Positions 19,574 to 29,861 of a stretch of 64,000 nucleotides of DNA are shown here, piece after piece. Numbering within the stretch: position 1 is the stretch's first letter; every line of letters starts with the position of its first letter. The position numbers were made by a program, and so were the translations under genes. Source of the DNA: Candidatus Thorarchaeota archaeon (GTDB lineage Archaea; Asgardarchaeota; Thorarchaeia; Thorarchaeales; Thorarchaeaceae); assembly GCA_048882045.1 (NCBI GenBank), contig JBHLRZ010000019.1, positions 1 through 64,000 on the forward strand. The letters are read 5' to 3'. A model generated the notes under the pieces. It worked only from the letters and a program-made list of their open reading frames with translations. It searched no databases and was not told where the DNA came from.

Positions 19574-20139
19574 TGCTTTACCACGAAACTGTCAAGGTTC
19601 CAGTCGATAGAATCGGAGTAATAGTGGGACGTAATGGTAAAGTACGGAAGAGAGTCGAAAAACTGGCTAATGTCAAAATCGAAGTGGATCCTGAAGGAAT
19701 CGTCACAATTACTGCCCCAGAAAACACAGAAGACCCGATTCTGGCATGGAAAGCTAGAGATATAATTCGGGCCATGGCACGAGGGTTCAGTCCGAAAAAC
19801 GCACTCTCATTGATTGATGATGATATGCAACTTATTGTCGTGTCCTTACGTGACGTCGTGGGTAGTTCACCCACTCAGATGAAACGGGTCGCAGGTCGTA
19901 TCATTGGTGAGAATGGTCGAACAAGACGGGTCATTGAACAGACCACGGAAACCAAAATCTCTGTCTATGGCAAGACAGTGTCTATTATTGGAATGAGTCC
20001 TGGACTAGACTATGCGCGAAGAGCTCTTGACATGCTGATTGCAGGAGCTCCTCATAGCGCTGTCTATTCTCGATTGGAGAAGATGAGAAGGGACATGAAC
20101 CGCCAGAGGGCTGAACTCTGGGAAGACACTGATTTGTAG
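19570..20139 (+). CDS. pno1: KH-domain rRNA-processing protein Dim2/Pno1
   Basis: IGVIVGRNG, ARGFSP, GRIIGENGRTR, GAPHSAVY. Confidence 0.92.
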   Translation: MMLYHETVKVPVDRIGVIVGRNGKVRKRVEKLANVKIEVDPEGIVTITAPENTEDPILAWKARDIIRAMARGFSPKNALSLIDDDMQLIVVSLRDVVGSSPTQMKRVAGRIIGENGRTRRVIEQTTETKISVYGKTVSIIGMSPGLDYARRALDMLIAGAPHSAVYSRLEKMRRDMNRQRAELWEDTDL

Positions 20140-20191
20140 TCATGTAATACCTCCCCTAATATGAATTGAACGTCAACAATTCACGAGTCAT

Positions 20192-21709
20192 ATGAGTAAT
20201 CAAAAGTCAGAGAATGTCAGTTTTGAGAGTATCTCCCCTGCAGAATTCTTCTACAGAAACAGGCAGATGGCTGGCTTTGGAAACCCAACACAGGCTGTCT
20301 ATTCTACGGTGCGAGAGTTAGTCGAGAATAGTCTTGATTCGTGTGAGGATGCAGGTAAACAACCCTACATTGAGATAGACATACAGAATGAGATATCCGA
20401 CACAATTACGATCACAGTTTCAGACAACGGTTCTGGAGTTCCAGCAGACCAGATTCCTGATGCCTTTGGCAGGGTTCTCTATGGGAGCAAGTACTCACAA
20501 CGACAGAAACGAGGAACCTTCGGTCTAGGAGTGACAATGGCTATTCTCTATGGGCAGATTTCTACAGATAGTCCAATAGTAATCCATTCTAAAACAGCTG
20601 GGTCAAAAGGAGTGCAGTATCATCTTCTCGTTGACGTAGAAAACAATCAACCCATAATAGAAAAGCGCGAGGACCTTCAACGAGCTGAGAATGGAACGAC
20701 AGTCACAGTTACTCTCAAAGGTGACATAAAACGTGCCCAGGATCGCATCATGGACTACCTCAAACTCTCTACGGTATCCACTCCTAATGCAAGAATTAGT
20801 CTTTCCATAGATGATGATGTTGTCACTAGCTTTGGAGGGTTTTCTGACATACTTCCGATTCCAGTGAGAGTGTCACTACCACATCCACGAGCCGCAGATC
20901 TTGAATTGCTTAGAAGACTTGTCCAACGAAGCGGAACGAAGACACTTCGTGACTTTCTCTGTGACTCCTTCCAGAAAGTTGGTCCAAAGACGGCCTCAAA
21001 ATTTCTCCAATTCATGAATATGGACGCAAGTAAGAAAGTAAGTGAAATGAAACGTGAGGATTTGACCCGGTTGGGAACCGCACTTCGAAAATATGACGAA
21101 TTCGAAAAACCTGACAGCAGATGTCTCAGTCCAATTGGAAAGCAAGAGTTTGTTCATGCAGTTTCTTCTCAGTTTAACACCTCCATGACACACTATTCAA
21201 TGAGGGGCCCAAGTGAGTGGCAAGGAAATCCGTTCGTGGTCGAGGCTGTCTTGGCTACAGGAGATGAGTTTCCAAGATCAGACACTCCCACGCTGTATCG
21301 ATTTGCCAACCGAGTTCCTCTTCTCTACGATTCAAGTGATGACATTCTGATGAAAGTCATGAAACGAGTTAGGTGGACTCGGTATAATATACATACTGCA
21401 GTTCCAGTTGCTCTGTTTGTACATATCTGCTCTACTAAGATTCCTTTCAAAGCGGCAGGAAAACAATCAATCGCTTCTGTAGATGAAATTGAGAACGAGG
21501 TCCAACTCTTGTTCAAGGAACTCGGAAGGAGGCTCAATAAGATGACCACCAAGGTCCAAGCAGCTTCCCGAGAAGCAAAGAAAATGCGTGAATTTGCCAA
21601 ATCATTCAGACAGATTGTCAGATTCAGTGCAGCCTTGGCAGAACTTGAGTCTGTCCCTTCGACTGAGAAACTGGTTGAGGCACTATTTGAGGTGGATAAT
21701 GATGCATGA
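20192..21709 (+). CDS. top6B: DNA topoisomerase VI subunit B
   Basis: ELVENSLD, DNGSG, RGTFGLG GHKL motifs; H2TH; RFANRVPLLYD. Confidence 0.96.
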   Translation: MSNQKSENVSFESISPAEFFYRNRQMAGFGNPTQAVYSTVRELVENSLDSCEDAGKQPYIEIDIQNEISDTITITVSDNGSGVPADQIPDAFGRVLYGSKYSQRQKRGTFGLGVTMAILYGQISTDSPIVIHSKTAGSKGVQYHLLVDVENNQPIIEKREDLQRAENGTTVTVTLKGDIKRAQDRIMDYLKLSTVSTPNARISLSIDDDVVTSFGGFSDILPIPVRVSLPHPRAADLELLRRLVQRSGTKTLRDFLCDSFQKVGPKTASKFLQFMNMDASKKVSEMKREDLTRLGTALRKYDEFEKPDSRCLSPIGKQEFVHAVSSQFNTSMTHYSMRGPSEWQGNPFVVEAVLATGDEFPRSDTPTLYRFANRVPLLYDSSDDILMKVMKRVRWTRYNIHTAVPVALFVHICSTKIPFKAAGKQSIASVDEIENEVQLLFKELGRRLNKMTTKVQAASREAKKMREFAKSFRQIVRFSAALAELESVPSTEKLVEALFEVDNDA

Positions 21710-22754
21710 TCCAGAGAAAGCTCTGAATGCTCTGAGAGAACTCGGTAACAATATCCTCCAACCAATCCTAGCAGAGAAATTTCCAGTTTTAGAAATTCCT
21801 GATAGAAAAACTGACAACATCGTTTTCGATGAAACTCGAAACCATTTTGTTTTGGGACAGTCATCAACTGTGCGTGATTCAAGTAATGTCAAACATGTTC
21901 GAAGTTTCGCGCAGTTGACTTGGATAGCGGCATTTGCCAAGGAACTGATTGAATCATCTAGAACTAGTTCACTTAGAGACCTCTACTACTCTTCTGAGGC
22001 CTTTGGAGTGAAGTTCAATAGTCAATCAGAGTCTGATAGAGTTGTCACCGACCTAGAAAGCATCACTGGTCTTCCTAGAGAGAGTTTTGGAATATATCCT
22101 GAAGAACACTCGTCAATATACGGCAAGGTCAAGATGCAATATACAGTTCCAGGATATGAAGGAAAGGAGATAGATCTAACAGTCAGTCCAGACGGATTGC
22201 CTATTGGACCCGCGCTCATGACTGCTGAACCTGTTGATTCAGATGCACAGATTGTCTTGGCTGTGGAATCAGGCGGGATGTTTTCTCGACTCATCGAAAC
22301 GAAGGCATGGGACAGATTCAGTGCTGTTCTAGTGCAATTGGGAGGTCAACCTCCGCGAGCTACACGGCGTTTAATGAGAAATCTTCACATGTCATTGGGT
22401 CTGCCCGTGTTTATTTTCACAGATGGAGATCCCTGGGGAATGCACATTGCGAAAGTCATTATGAGTGGTAGTGCAAATGCCGCACACATTAGAGAGCTCA
22501 CCATACCCTCTGCAAAATGGATAGGTGTCACCCCCGAGGACATAGAAGAGTATGCACTTCCAACAGAATCGATGAACAATCAAGACCTGAAGAGGTTAGA
22601 AGAACTCTCTCGGGATGTACGATACAAGGATCAGGTCTGGCAAAATCACATTCGTGATTTTCGAAGGATGTTGGTGAAAGCTGAACAACAAGCCTTTAGC
22701 AGATATGGTATGGACTTCGTTGTCGACACTTACCTTTCTGACAAGCTGCTCTAG
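21699..22754 (+). CDS. top6A: DNA topoisomerase VI subunit A
   Basis: SLRDLYY catalytic Tyr, VES, FTDGDPWG TOPRIM, KAEQQA. Confidence 0.96.
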   Translation: MMHDPEKALNALRELGNNILQPILAEKFPVLEIPDRKTDNIVFDETRNHFVLGQSSTVRDSSNVKHVRSFAQLTWIAAFAKELIESSRTSSLRDLYYSSEAFGVKFNSQSESDRVVTDLESITGLPRESFGIYPEEHSSIYGKVKMQYTVPGYEGKEIDLTVSPDGLPIGPALMTAEPVDSDAQIVLAVESGGMFSRLIETKAWDRFSAVLVQLGGQPPRATRRLMRNLHMSLGLPVFIFTDGDPWGMHIAKVIMSGSANAAHIRELTIPSAKWIGVTPEDIEEYALPTESMNNQDLKRLEELSRDVRYKDQVWQNHIRDFRRMLVKAEQQAFSRYGMDFVVDTYLSDKLL

Positions 22755-22755
22755 G

Positions 22756-23787
22756 TCACATTAGACTGAGTGGTAACCCTACAAGAAGGAGCATCACAGC
22801 TCCATATGCAATCACAGCTTGGATGAACAATAACAGGTTTACGTTCTTCTTCTCAGTGATGTTCTTTGAGATGTAAGGTAGCAACCAGTACATTGTGAAG
22901 GGACCTACTACTTCAAGAGTTCCGTCCTCTCGTGGGGAAGCAAATTTCACATACTCCATGTTCCTACGTCTGACCCACACACGATAGAACAGATAGAGAA
23001 TGAAATTGAGAAGGAATGGCGAATACATCGCTATAGCCAAACGATCCATGTTTCCCAAGATTAGAGCTGATGCCATTGCAGCACCAATTGGAAGTCTTCC
23101 AACATCTCCTGGTAGAACCTTTGCTGGATATCGATTGAAGTAAAAGAACGCAACGGAAGCTCCCAAAAGCGAAGCTGCAACTGTCCCTGAGTCGGTCAGT
23201 GCAGTGGTAATCTCTTGTCCACTGACGAATGGATATGCAATGACGTATATGACAATAGCTGACCCATTGATTATGCCTAGACCTGTTTCAAGACCGTTCA
23301 TGCCTCCATACATGTTGGTTGAGTCCACTATGAAGGTCACCATTAATGGAACAATCAAGAGGGCATAGAACACTCCAAAGTTTATGGTTCCGATGAAAGG
23401 AATCGTCATCGTAGGTGTTCCTACACTCATTACAACCATCGGGATTGAGGCTACAAGCGGCAGTGCAATCTTGGTTCTGTTTTTGAAATCAAAGGAGTCA
23501 TCTAAGAGTCCAATGAGTCCTGCCATAAGAATCGACACTAGTGCTGCTAATAATCCCTCACGTATTTCAACTTGAACTTGGAAAGTTGTTAATCCCATGA
23601 CCACAAGTAAACCCGACACAATGGCAAAAAGGAGAATAAAACCTCCTCCCTTTGGAACCTCTGGTTTCTCAGGTTTATGGACATCAATTCCCGTCATCCC
23701 TCTCTCTCTAAGCATTCTGATTGTACCCGGCATGAAAAGGACTACGATGAAAAAGGAAATCAGCACTGCAATAAGAATAGTAATCAA
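22756..23787 (-). CDS. aglH: UDP-GlcNAc:dolichol-phosphate GlcNAc-1-phosphotransferase (AglH/ALG7, MraY/GT4 family)
   Basis: GIDVHKP, PKGGG, GLLDD, NMYGGMNGLE, FNRYPAKVLPGDVG. Confidence 0.88.
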   Translation of the reverse strand: MITILIAVLISFFIVVLFMPGTIRMLRERGMTGIDVHKPEKPEVPKGGGFILLFAIVSGLLVVMGLTTFQVQVEIREGLLAALVSILMAGLIGLLDDSFDFKNRTKIALPLVASIPMVVMSVGTPTMTIPFIGTINFGVFYALLIVPLMVTFIVDSTNMYGGMNGLETGLGIINGSAIVIYVIAYPFVSGQEITTALTDSGTVAASLLGASVAFFYFNRYPAKVLPGDVGRLPIGAAMASALILGNMDRLAIAMYSPFLLNFILYLFYRVWVRRRNMEYVKFASPREDGTLEVVGPFTMYWLLPYISKNITEKKNVNLLLFIQAVIAYGAVMLLLVGLPLSLM

Positions 23788-23977
23788 GGCAGGTTCACTT
23801 TCCGAGGTTTCTGCATTTCATTTTAGTTTTGACCTTTTCGGGCAATCATTTTGTTTGTGCATGCTTTCAACATCCGAAATCTATAATAACAAACCAGAAG
23901 CTCGAGCGGACAATTCCCTGTCTAGTGGATTCTGAATCCACCGGGCAAAAACCCCAAATAAACTACGGTGATTCGTA

Positions 23978-26959
23978 TTGAGCCTGTTTAAACGTAAGAT
24001 AGGAACCATAATACTACTGACCCTTTTTGTGACAAGTAGCTTTATGGCCCTCGCTCCCATCTCAAGTACTTCGGAATCAGAATATTTGGCTCAGAGTAAG
24101 GGCTTTGGGTCCACATTAGCCGAAGCAAGGATGAATCTATCCGTTCCTTATGTTGATAACCACTATGGTTCTGCAGATGGAATAATCGATCCATGGGAAT
24201 ATGCTTTCGAGTATACGGATCCAGTGACTGGGGTTAATGCATATTTTGAACACAATGGAACTGTGTTGTACATTGGACTGGAGGCCATGACCTCTGGATG
24301 GATTGGGTTTGCATGGCAGAACTATACAGGTACTTTCCGTAATGCTGGTCTAAACAACAGCGACGTGATTGTTGGTTATACTCCTGGAGTGACTCACTCA
24401 TCACACTACTGGAGAGTAGCGCCAACTGATGCAGTTACTGTACACTATGTATTGACACGTAGAGACGGTACATTCTTACAAGAGGCTGATTTCCCTGATC
24501 TCACTTCCACTGATCCAGTGGGGAGCTTGCCCGCTCTTCAAGGATACAAAGATGCGATTCTTGGAATGAGAATTGGTGAAGTCCGTCACTTCGTCATCCC
24601 AGCTGAAGAAGCATACAACACACCTGGTCATGAGCTATATGGTCTGGACCTCGTTTATGATATTGAACTCACAAGAATCGAAAGAGCAAGTATCGACCGG
24701 GTAGAAAATCCAGCAGATCAGTGTGACATTGTATACAGCGACGAGTATGGTACTAGCACATTCCAACATCTACCAGATGCTGACCAATCAAGAATTCTAG
24801 AAGCGAATGGTTTTGACAATGGAACATACACTCAGGTGGAATATGCAATACTGATGAACAGTACTGATATCAATGATATAGGGCTGTTCAACAGCACTGA
24901 CATCCAGTTTCCATTCGTATTCATGTTTGGTGCCAATGAAGAACTGAACGGGCTACCAACTCAGCACACATACTGGTCCGAACCAGCCCTCACAAACTTT
25001 GTTCCTAACGCTCCACCCACAATGTATGTGGTAAGTCCTAAGCCGGGTGAAACTGTTGAGTGGGTCGCAAAGCTGCAACTCAATGCCACGGATGACTTTG
25101 TCCAGACTGCGGTCTTTAAGGTAGATGATGAGGACAGTTGGTCTAACATGACTTGGAACTTCAAGTCTAAGCTCTGGGAAGAGAATGCTGACATGACATC
25201 ATACGATGATGGTCCACATACTATAACATTCAATACAACAGATCCCTCGGGTCTTTCAGGACTTGCGACCGTTGACATAGTAGTGAACATTCCATATACC
25301 CCAAATCGCGGAATGCGTGTGGATGTCGTAAGGTCACTTCTCACAACTGAACACTTTGGCAACCGCGTTGATGATACCTACACTATCACGAACAATGGAT
25401 CTTCACCAATAAACTCACTAGATGTATACCTGCCAGCTAGGTATGCTGACAACTTCCTCTCCATGGAGGCTAGTGACCTAGGAGAAAACGAAGTCCAAGT
25501 TGTTAGAATGACAGACTCCAATGGGATGCTTCATTGGAGGTTGCATTTCTACATACCAATTGGATATCAAGAATCGTACACCTTTGAAACAAAGATGTAC
25601 ATGACCTCACTGTTCTGGCTGACTATTCCTAATGAATGGGAATATCGCTTGGAGTTCTTGAAATATCCTCTTATCTCATACGTCATAGGTCGAGGTGAAT
25701 TCGCACTCAACTTCGAACAGGGTGGTTCACTAATTCCTAGTGAAGAGATTCCAGACTCAGTAGATAATAACATAGTCCCATTCACAGAAACCGAGTTCAG
25801 TGTACGCTTGCGGCTCTTTAGTAACAATATCATTGGGAACCGTAAGACCACTGTCATCATTGATGCATGGGGCTGGATGACCTATAGAGAAACAGTAAGT
25901 CTGGATAACACTGGAGGAGGCGTTTTAAATTCCATTGAATTCCTTCTTCCTGCGTATTCTGCATCTATTAGAATCTATGATGAGGTTGGGGTTCTCGCAC
26001 AGTCTCAGAGAACAATTTCCCAGCCCAGTTTCAACGAAACAGCTTCAATCGATGTGAACTTAGTCCGAGACAGGTTTTCGCTGGGTCTGCAGCCTGGCTT
26101 CAAGTACACTTTCCAAGTCGACTATATTGTGCAGTCATCGAGCTACCAAGAGGCCATTGAATCTGGAAACAAGCTGACTATTCCGATGGCTGTACTGGAG
26201 GATGTTCTCATCCAGAAACATGATATTGATGTTGTATTTCCAGTGTCGGTTTCTCTAGTGCAGGCGTCGGAAGGATATCGTACGATATACGGAGTATTTG
26301 ACACCTCACTGAGATATACTACATACAATACAACACAAAGAAATCCTCTCAAAATTGAAGTCGTCTATCAAGTATCTCTTGGTGCTGCAGCGCGACCAAC
26401 AATCTTTGCATTGATAATAGGTTTCATTGGACTCCTTTATGTGACCCGCAGAAAGGTTGAACTACCTGAAGAAGTCACGGGTCCACGAGTTGATGAGGAA
26501 TTCGATGATCTCCAGCCACGTCAGACTGGTGCTCCTTCAGAACTCCTCTCTGAATTTGCAAACCTCTATTCGAGGAAGACAGCTCTCAACATGGACTTGG
26601 AGAAGCTCGAAGCTGCTAGAAGGAGAGGAAAGATCAAGAAGCGAGAGTATATGATTCGGGAGCGTGATCTGAAGAACCAAATCGATGAGATTGACTCGAG
26701 TCTACCTAATTTGAGAGATGAAATGATAAGTTACGGTCCCAAGTATCGTGACTTGGTAGCACAGCTCGAACTTCAGGATGAACGCATTGAGGGTGCAAAG
26801 GCTGGTCTGCGTCAGCTTCTTCTGAGGAAAAAGAAGCAGCGAATCAGTCGTGCAGCCTTTGAGAAGTCCCGTCAGGACTATCTTAAGACAATCCAGAAGG
26901 CAACAACTGCTACTGACCGGATCCTATTATCAATACAGGAAGAAGCTGGAGACCTCTAG
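23978..26959 (+). CDS. Type I membrane protein: signal peptide, DOMON-like domain with inserted FKBP, Ig-like domain, ribophorin-I-like region, TM helix, cytoplasmic coiled coil
   Basis: GWIGFAW...SDVIVGY (DOMON); VTVHY...GMRIGEVRHFVIPAEEAY...DLVYDIEL (FKBP); IDAWGWMTYRETVSLDN...IYDEVG...DRFSLGLQPGFKYTFQVDY (ribophorin I-like); TM PTIFALIIGFIGLLYV. Confidence 0.7.
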   Translation: MSLFKRKIGTIILLTLFVTSSFMALAPISSTSESEYLAQSKGFGSTLAEARMNLSVPYVDNHYGSADGIIDPWEYAFEYTDPVTGVNAYFEHNGTVLYIGLEAMTSGWIGFAWQNYTGTFRNAGLNNSDVIVGYTPGVTHSSHYWRVAPTDAVTVHYVLTRRDGTFLQEADFPDLTSTDPVGSLPALQGYKDAILGMRIGEVRHFVIPAEEAYNTPGHELYGLDLVYDIELTRIERASIDRVENPADQCDIVYSDEYGTSTFQHLPDADQSRILEANGFDNGTYTQVEYAILMNSTDINDIGLFNSTDIQFPFVFMFGANEELNGLPTQHTYWSEPALTNFVPNAPPTMYVVSPKPGETVEWVAKLQLNATDDFVQTAVFKVDDEDSWSNMTWNFKSKLWEENADMTSYDDGPHTITFNTTDPSGLSGLATVDIVVNIPYTPNRGMRVDVVRSLLTTEHFGNRVDDTYTITNNGSSPINSLDVYLPARYADNFLSMEASDLGENEVQVVRMTDSNGMLHWRLHFYIPIGYQESYTFETKMYMTSLFWLTIPNEWEYRLEFLKYPLISYVIGRGEFALNFEQGGSLIPSEEIPDSVDNNIVPFTETEFSVRLRLFSNNIIGNRKTTVIIDAWGWMTYRETVSLDNTGGGVLNSIEFLLPAYSASIRIYDEVGVLAQSQRTISQPSFNETASIDVNLVRDRFSLGLQPGFKYTFQVDYIVQSSSYQEAIESGNKLTIPMAVLEDVLIQKHDIDVVFPVSVSLVQASEGYRTIYGVFDTSLRYTTYNTTQRNPLKIEVVYQVSLGAAARPTIFALIIGFIGLLYVTRRKVELPEEVTGPRVDEEFDDLQPRQTGAPSELLSEFANLYSRKTALNMDLEKLEAARRRGKIKKREYMIRERDLKNQIDEIDSSLPNLRDEMISYGPKYRDLVAQLELQDERIEGAKAGLRQLLLRKKKQRISRAAFEKSRQDYLKTIQKATTATDRILLSIQEEAGDL

Positions 26960-27075
26960 AAGAGCAAAATGCCCTTCTAGGCTTCTCTCCTAGATGTCTT
27001 GGGAAATAAAGTACCAGTTAGTAACTCTTATCAAACATTGAAGAGGTCATCACTGTCCCTATGAGTGTGGTCTGA

Positions 27076-27927
27076 ATGAACAACGAAGTTCTAGATCGTG
27101 AAAAAATACGTGCGCGCTCCCTCTTACCAAGTGAATCAAAGGCTCTTGAGATGTATCAATACCTTACCGGATCCCCCAAGGTCCAGTCATATCTTCGTTC
27201 TGCCAATCGAATGGCCGTTTCAAGACTGGGCTATACTGACCATGGGGCTGTCCATGCAGAGGTAGCCACTTGGAACGCATTGAAAGTCTTTGATATCTTG
27301 GATGAAACATTCAGACCGAATGTGGTCGCAGAGGGAATCGGTGACACTGACGACGCACGACTCATTATCCTCGCCTCTACATACCTGCATGACATCGGAA
27401 TGGTCGTCCATAGAAGTGAGCACTATCAAGCCTCAATCAATCTAGCAAGCCCAATTCTCGAACCAAAATTGATGGACATCTATGAAGATCCTGCTAAGGC
27501 CACGGACATACTCTCGTTCATACTACATGGAATCTATGCACATGATGATGATACACAGTGCCTGACATTTGAGGCTGGAATCACCAAGCTAGGCGACGGG
27601 GCTGACATGACAAAAGGGAGGACAAAGGTTCCGTTTCAGAAGGGCAAAGTCGATATCCATTCCGTCAGTGCCCTGGCAATCAACAATGTTCTTCTTGAGA
27701 AGGGAAAAGAGAAACCCCTATCGATCACTGTTGCCATGGATAATCCCGCAGGTGTATTTCAGGTCGAAGCGGTCCTTGAGAAAAAGATCTCAACATCTGG
27801 TCTACAGGATCATATTGGAATTGAAGTCCTAGTTAACGGCGACCGTCTTGTTCTCTCACATGTAAAGCGACTCTTTAGGGTTGAGATGTCAAATAGTGGA
27901 AACGGCATTCTTCCAGAAGAAAAGTAG
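27076..27927 (+). CDS. HD-domain phosphohydrolase
   Basis: LGYTDHGAVH, YLHDIG, YAHD, GDGADM. Confidence 0.88.
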   Translation: MNNEVLDREKIRARSLLPSESKALEMYQYLTGSPKVQSYLRSANRMAVSRLGYTDHGAVHAEVATWNALKVFDILDETFRPNVVAEGIGDTDDARLIILASTYLHDIGMVVHRSEHYQASINLASPILEPKLMDIYEDPAKATDILSFILHGIYAHDDDTQCLTFEAGITKLGDGADMTKGRTKVPFQKGKVDIHSVSALAINNVLLEKGKEKPLSITVAMDNPAGVFQVEAVLEKKISTSGLQDHIGIEVLVNGDRLVLSHVKRLFRVEMSNSGNGILPEEK

Positions 27928-28003
27928 TGGTAGCCCCGCCAGGATTTGAACCTGGGTCTGAGAGGCCAAAACCCTCAATGCTTGGCCGCTACACCACGGG
28001 GCT
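27928..28003 (-). tRNA. tRNA-Gln(TTG), CCA encoded
   Basis: Cloverleaf AGCCCCG...GAGGG TT TTG GC CTCTC...GGTTCAAATCC...CGGGGCTACCA. Confidence 0.95.
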
Positions 28004-28007
28004 ATTT

Positions 28008-28331
28008 CTAGGATGAGAGACCGAAGGGCACACCATTCTCCTTGATTTCGGTTGATATCTTCGCCTTCCACCGTTCGAGAAAGGCTGTTTCCTCAATCCT
28101 CTGTTTTCCATCCAATCTTAGGTCATCAGGAAGCATACAAGCAATTCCATCAATGACAGGATACCATCTGCCACATTTGGGACATGTGATCAACGCTTCA
28201 TCGATTTCTTCGATTTCCTCATCTTCGGACTCGATATTGTGTGATGTATAGACCTCCAACTGGAGTTCACTTCTACACTCACTCACAGGACATGCGAGTA
28301 TATCCATCAACCAGCGTTTCATCTTGGTCAC
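28008..28331 (-). CDS. trm112: Trm112 methyltransferase activator
   Basis: LMDILACPVSEC...LITCPKCGRWYPVIDGIACML. Confidence 0.9.
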   Translation of the reverse strand: MTKMKRWLMDILACPVSECRSELQLEVYTSHNIESEDEEIEEIDEALITCPKCGRWYPVIDGIACMLPDDLRLDGKQRIEETAFLERWKAKISTEIKENGVPFGLSS

Positions 28332-28454
28332 TCCTGTGACTGGCGTCGATTAATCTGTTATCGTTAAAAAATGTTCTCGAAGGACGTTCGACCCGAAAGG
28401 ATATTTGGGACACCAGCTGCGCCTCAATCAGTTTGAAGTCCTGAGGAGTCCAAG

Positions 28455-29861
28455 ATGGAGTATAAGCATCCCTGGATACCTATGACAAAGGCAACGGAAG
28501 AGAAGATGCTGGAGTCTATTGGTAAGAAGAGCCTTGACGAGCTGTTCTCGAACATCCCCAAGAAGTTCATGCTGAAACAAGACTTGAACATTCCGAGGTC
28601 TCACAGTGAGATTGAGGTGACGAGAAGAATACTAGAGCTTGCTGGTAAGAACAAGCCCTCTGACAATGGTCGGTCGTTTTTAGGAGCTGGAATCGGTATG
28701 CATTATGTTCCAGCAATTGTACCTGCGTTAGCCACTCGTTCTGAGTTTCTGACATCCTATACAAGCTACCAAGCCGAGGTGAGCCAAGGAATGCTTCAGA
28801 CTCTCTTCGAGTACCAGAGTCTTTTGGCGGAGATACTTGAAATTGACGTTGTGAACTCCTCTATGTACGATATGGCCACAGCAGTTGCAGAAGCTGCGCG
28901 AATGACAGTCCGTGTCAAGAAGAAACGGTCAAAGTTCTTGGTACCAAGCACAATGAATCCTGAACACTACAAGGTCCTTCACACATACACAGAACCTGCA
29001 GACATTGAAATTGTGAAACTCGACTATGATGAGAGGACTGGTTTGATGTCCCTTACCGATCTGAAGTCAAAGCTTGATGAGCAGGTTGCAGGTGTTTATG
29101 TTGAAAATCCGAGCTACCTAGGCTTTATCGAAACGCAGGTTGATGAGATAAACAAACTAGTTCACGACAATGAGTCTCTTCTTGTAGCTGGAGTGGATAT
29201 CCTTTCACTAGGACTCATGCGCCCTCCAGGTGACTACGGTGCAGACATCGTGGTTGCAGAAGGGCAGTACCTTGGTGCTCCCATGACATTTGGGGGACCG
29301 TTACTTGGTATTTTTGGATGCAGAAACGACCGCAAACTCATCTACCAAATGCCGGGTCGGCTTGTTGGTCTGACCAGAACAGAAGAAGAACCGTATGAGA
29401 ACGGATTTGTCTTGACTTTAAGCCCGAGAGAACAACACATCCGACGGGAGAAAGCAACAAGTAACATCTGTTCCAATCAAGCACTTGCTGCAGTCATCGC
29501 AGCAATCTACATGTCACTTCTTGGCCCCTCTGGACTAAAACAACTCGGTGAAACCATAGGATATAACGCCAATTATGCGGCAAAGATGCTTAATCGCATA
29601 TCAGGAGTACGAGTCCCGACAATTGGAACCTCTTTTTGGAAGGAATTCGTTGTTCAGTTCGAAAATGGCGTGACTGCACAACAGATACACGAAGGATTAC
29701 TTGAGAGAAACCTCCATGGTGGACATATACTTACAGAAGAATTTCCTGTTCTAGGAGAATCAATGCTCTTCTGTGTGACAGAAGTTCACACCAAAGAAAC
29801 GATAGACGAACTAGTGCAGTGTATTGAAGAACTCATGAAAGAGGGAGGTGTCAAGAGATGA
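28455..29861 (+). CDS. gcvPA: Glycine dehydrogenase (decarboxylating) subunit 1
   Basis: FLTSYTSYQAEVSQG, REQHIRREKATSNICSNQAL. Confidence 0.97.
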   Translation: MEYKHPWIPMTKATEEKMLESIGKKSLDELFSNIPKKFMLKQDLNIPRSHSEIEVTRRILELAGKNKPSDNGRSFLGAGIGMHYVPAIVPALATRSEFLTSYTSYQAEVSQGMLQTLFEYQSLLAEILEIDVVNSSMYDMATAVAEAARMTVRVKKKRSKFLVPSTMNPEHYKVLHTYTEPADIEIVKLDYDERTGLMSLTDLKSKLDEQVAGVYVENPSYLGFIETQVDEINKLVHDNESLLVAGVDILSLGLMRPPGDYGADIVVAEGQYLGAPMTFGGPLLGIFGCRNDRKLIYQMPGRLVGLTRTEEEPYENGFVLTLSPREQHIRREKATSNICSNQALAAVIAAIYMSLLGPSGLKQLGETIGYNANYAAKMLNRISGVRVPTIGTSFWKEFVVQFENGVTAQQIHEGLLERNLHGGHILTEEFPVLGESMLFCVTEVHTKETIDELVQCIEELMKEGGVKR

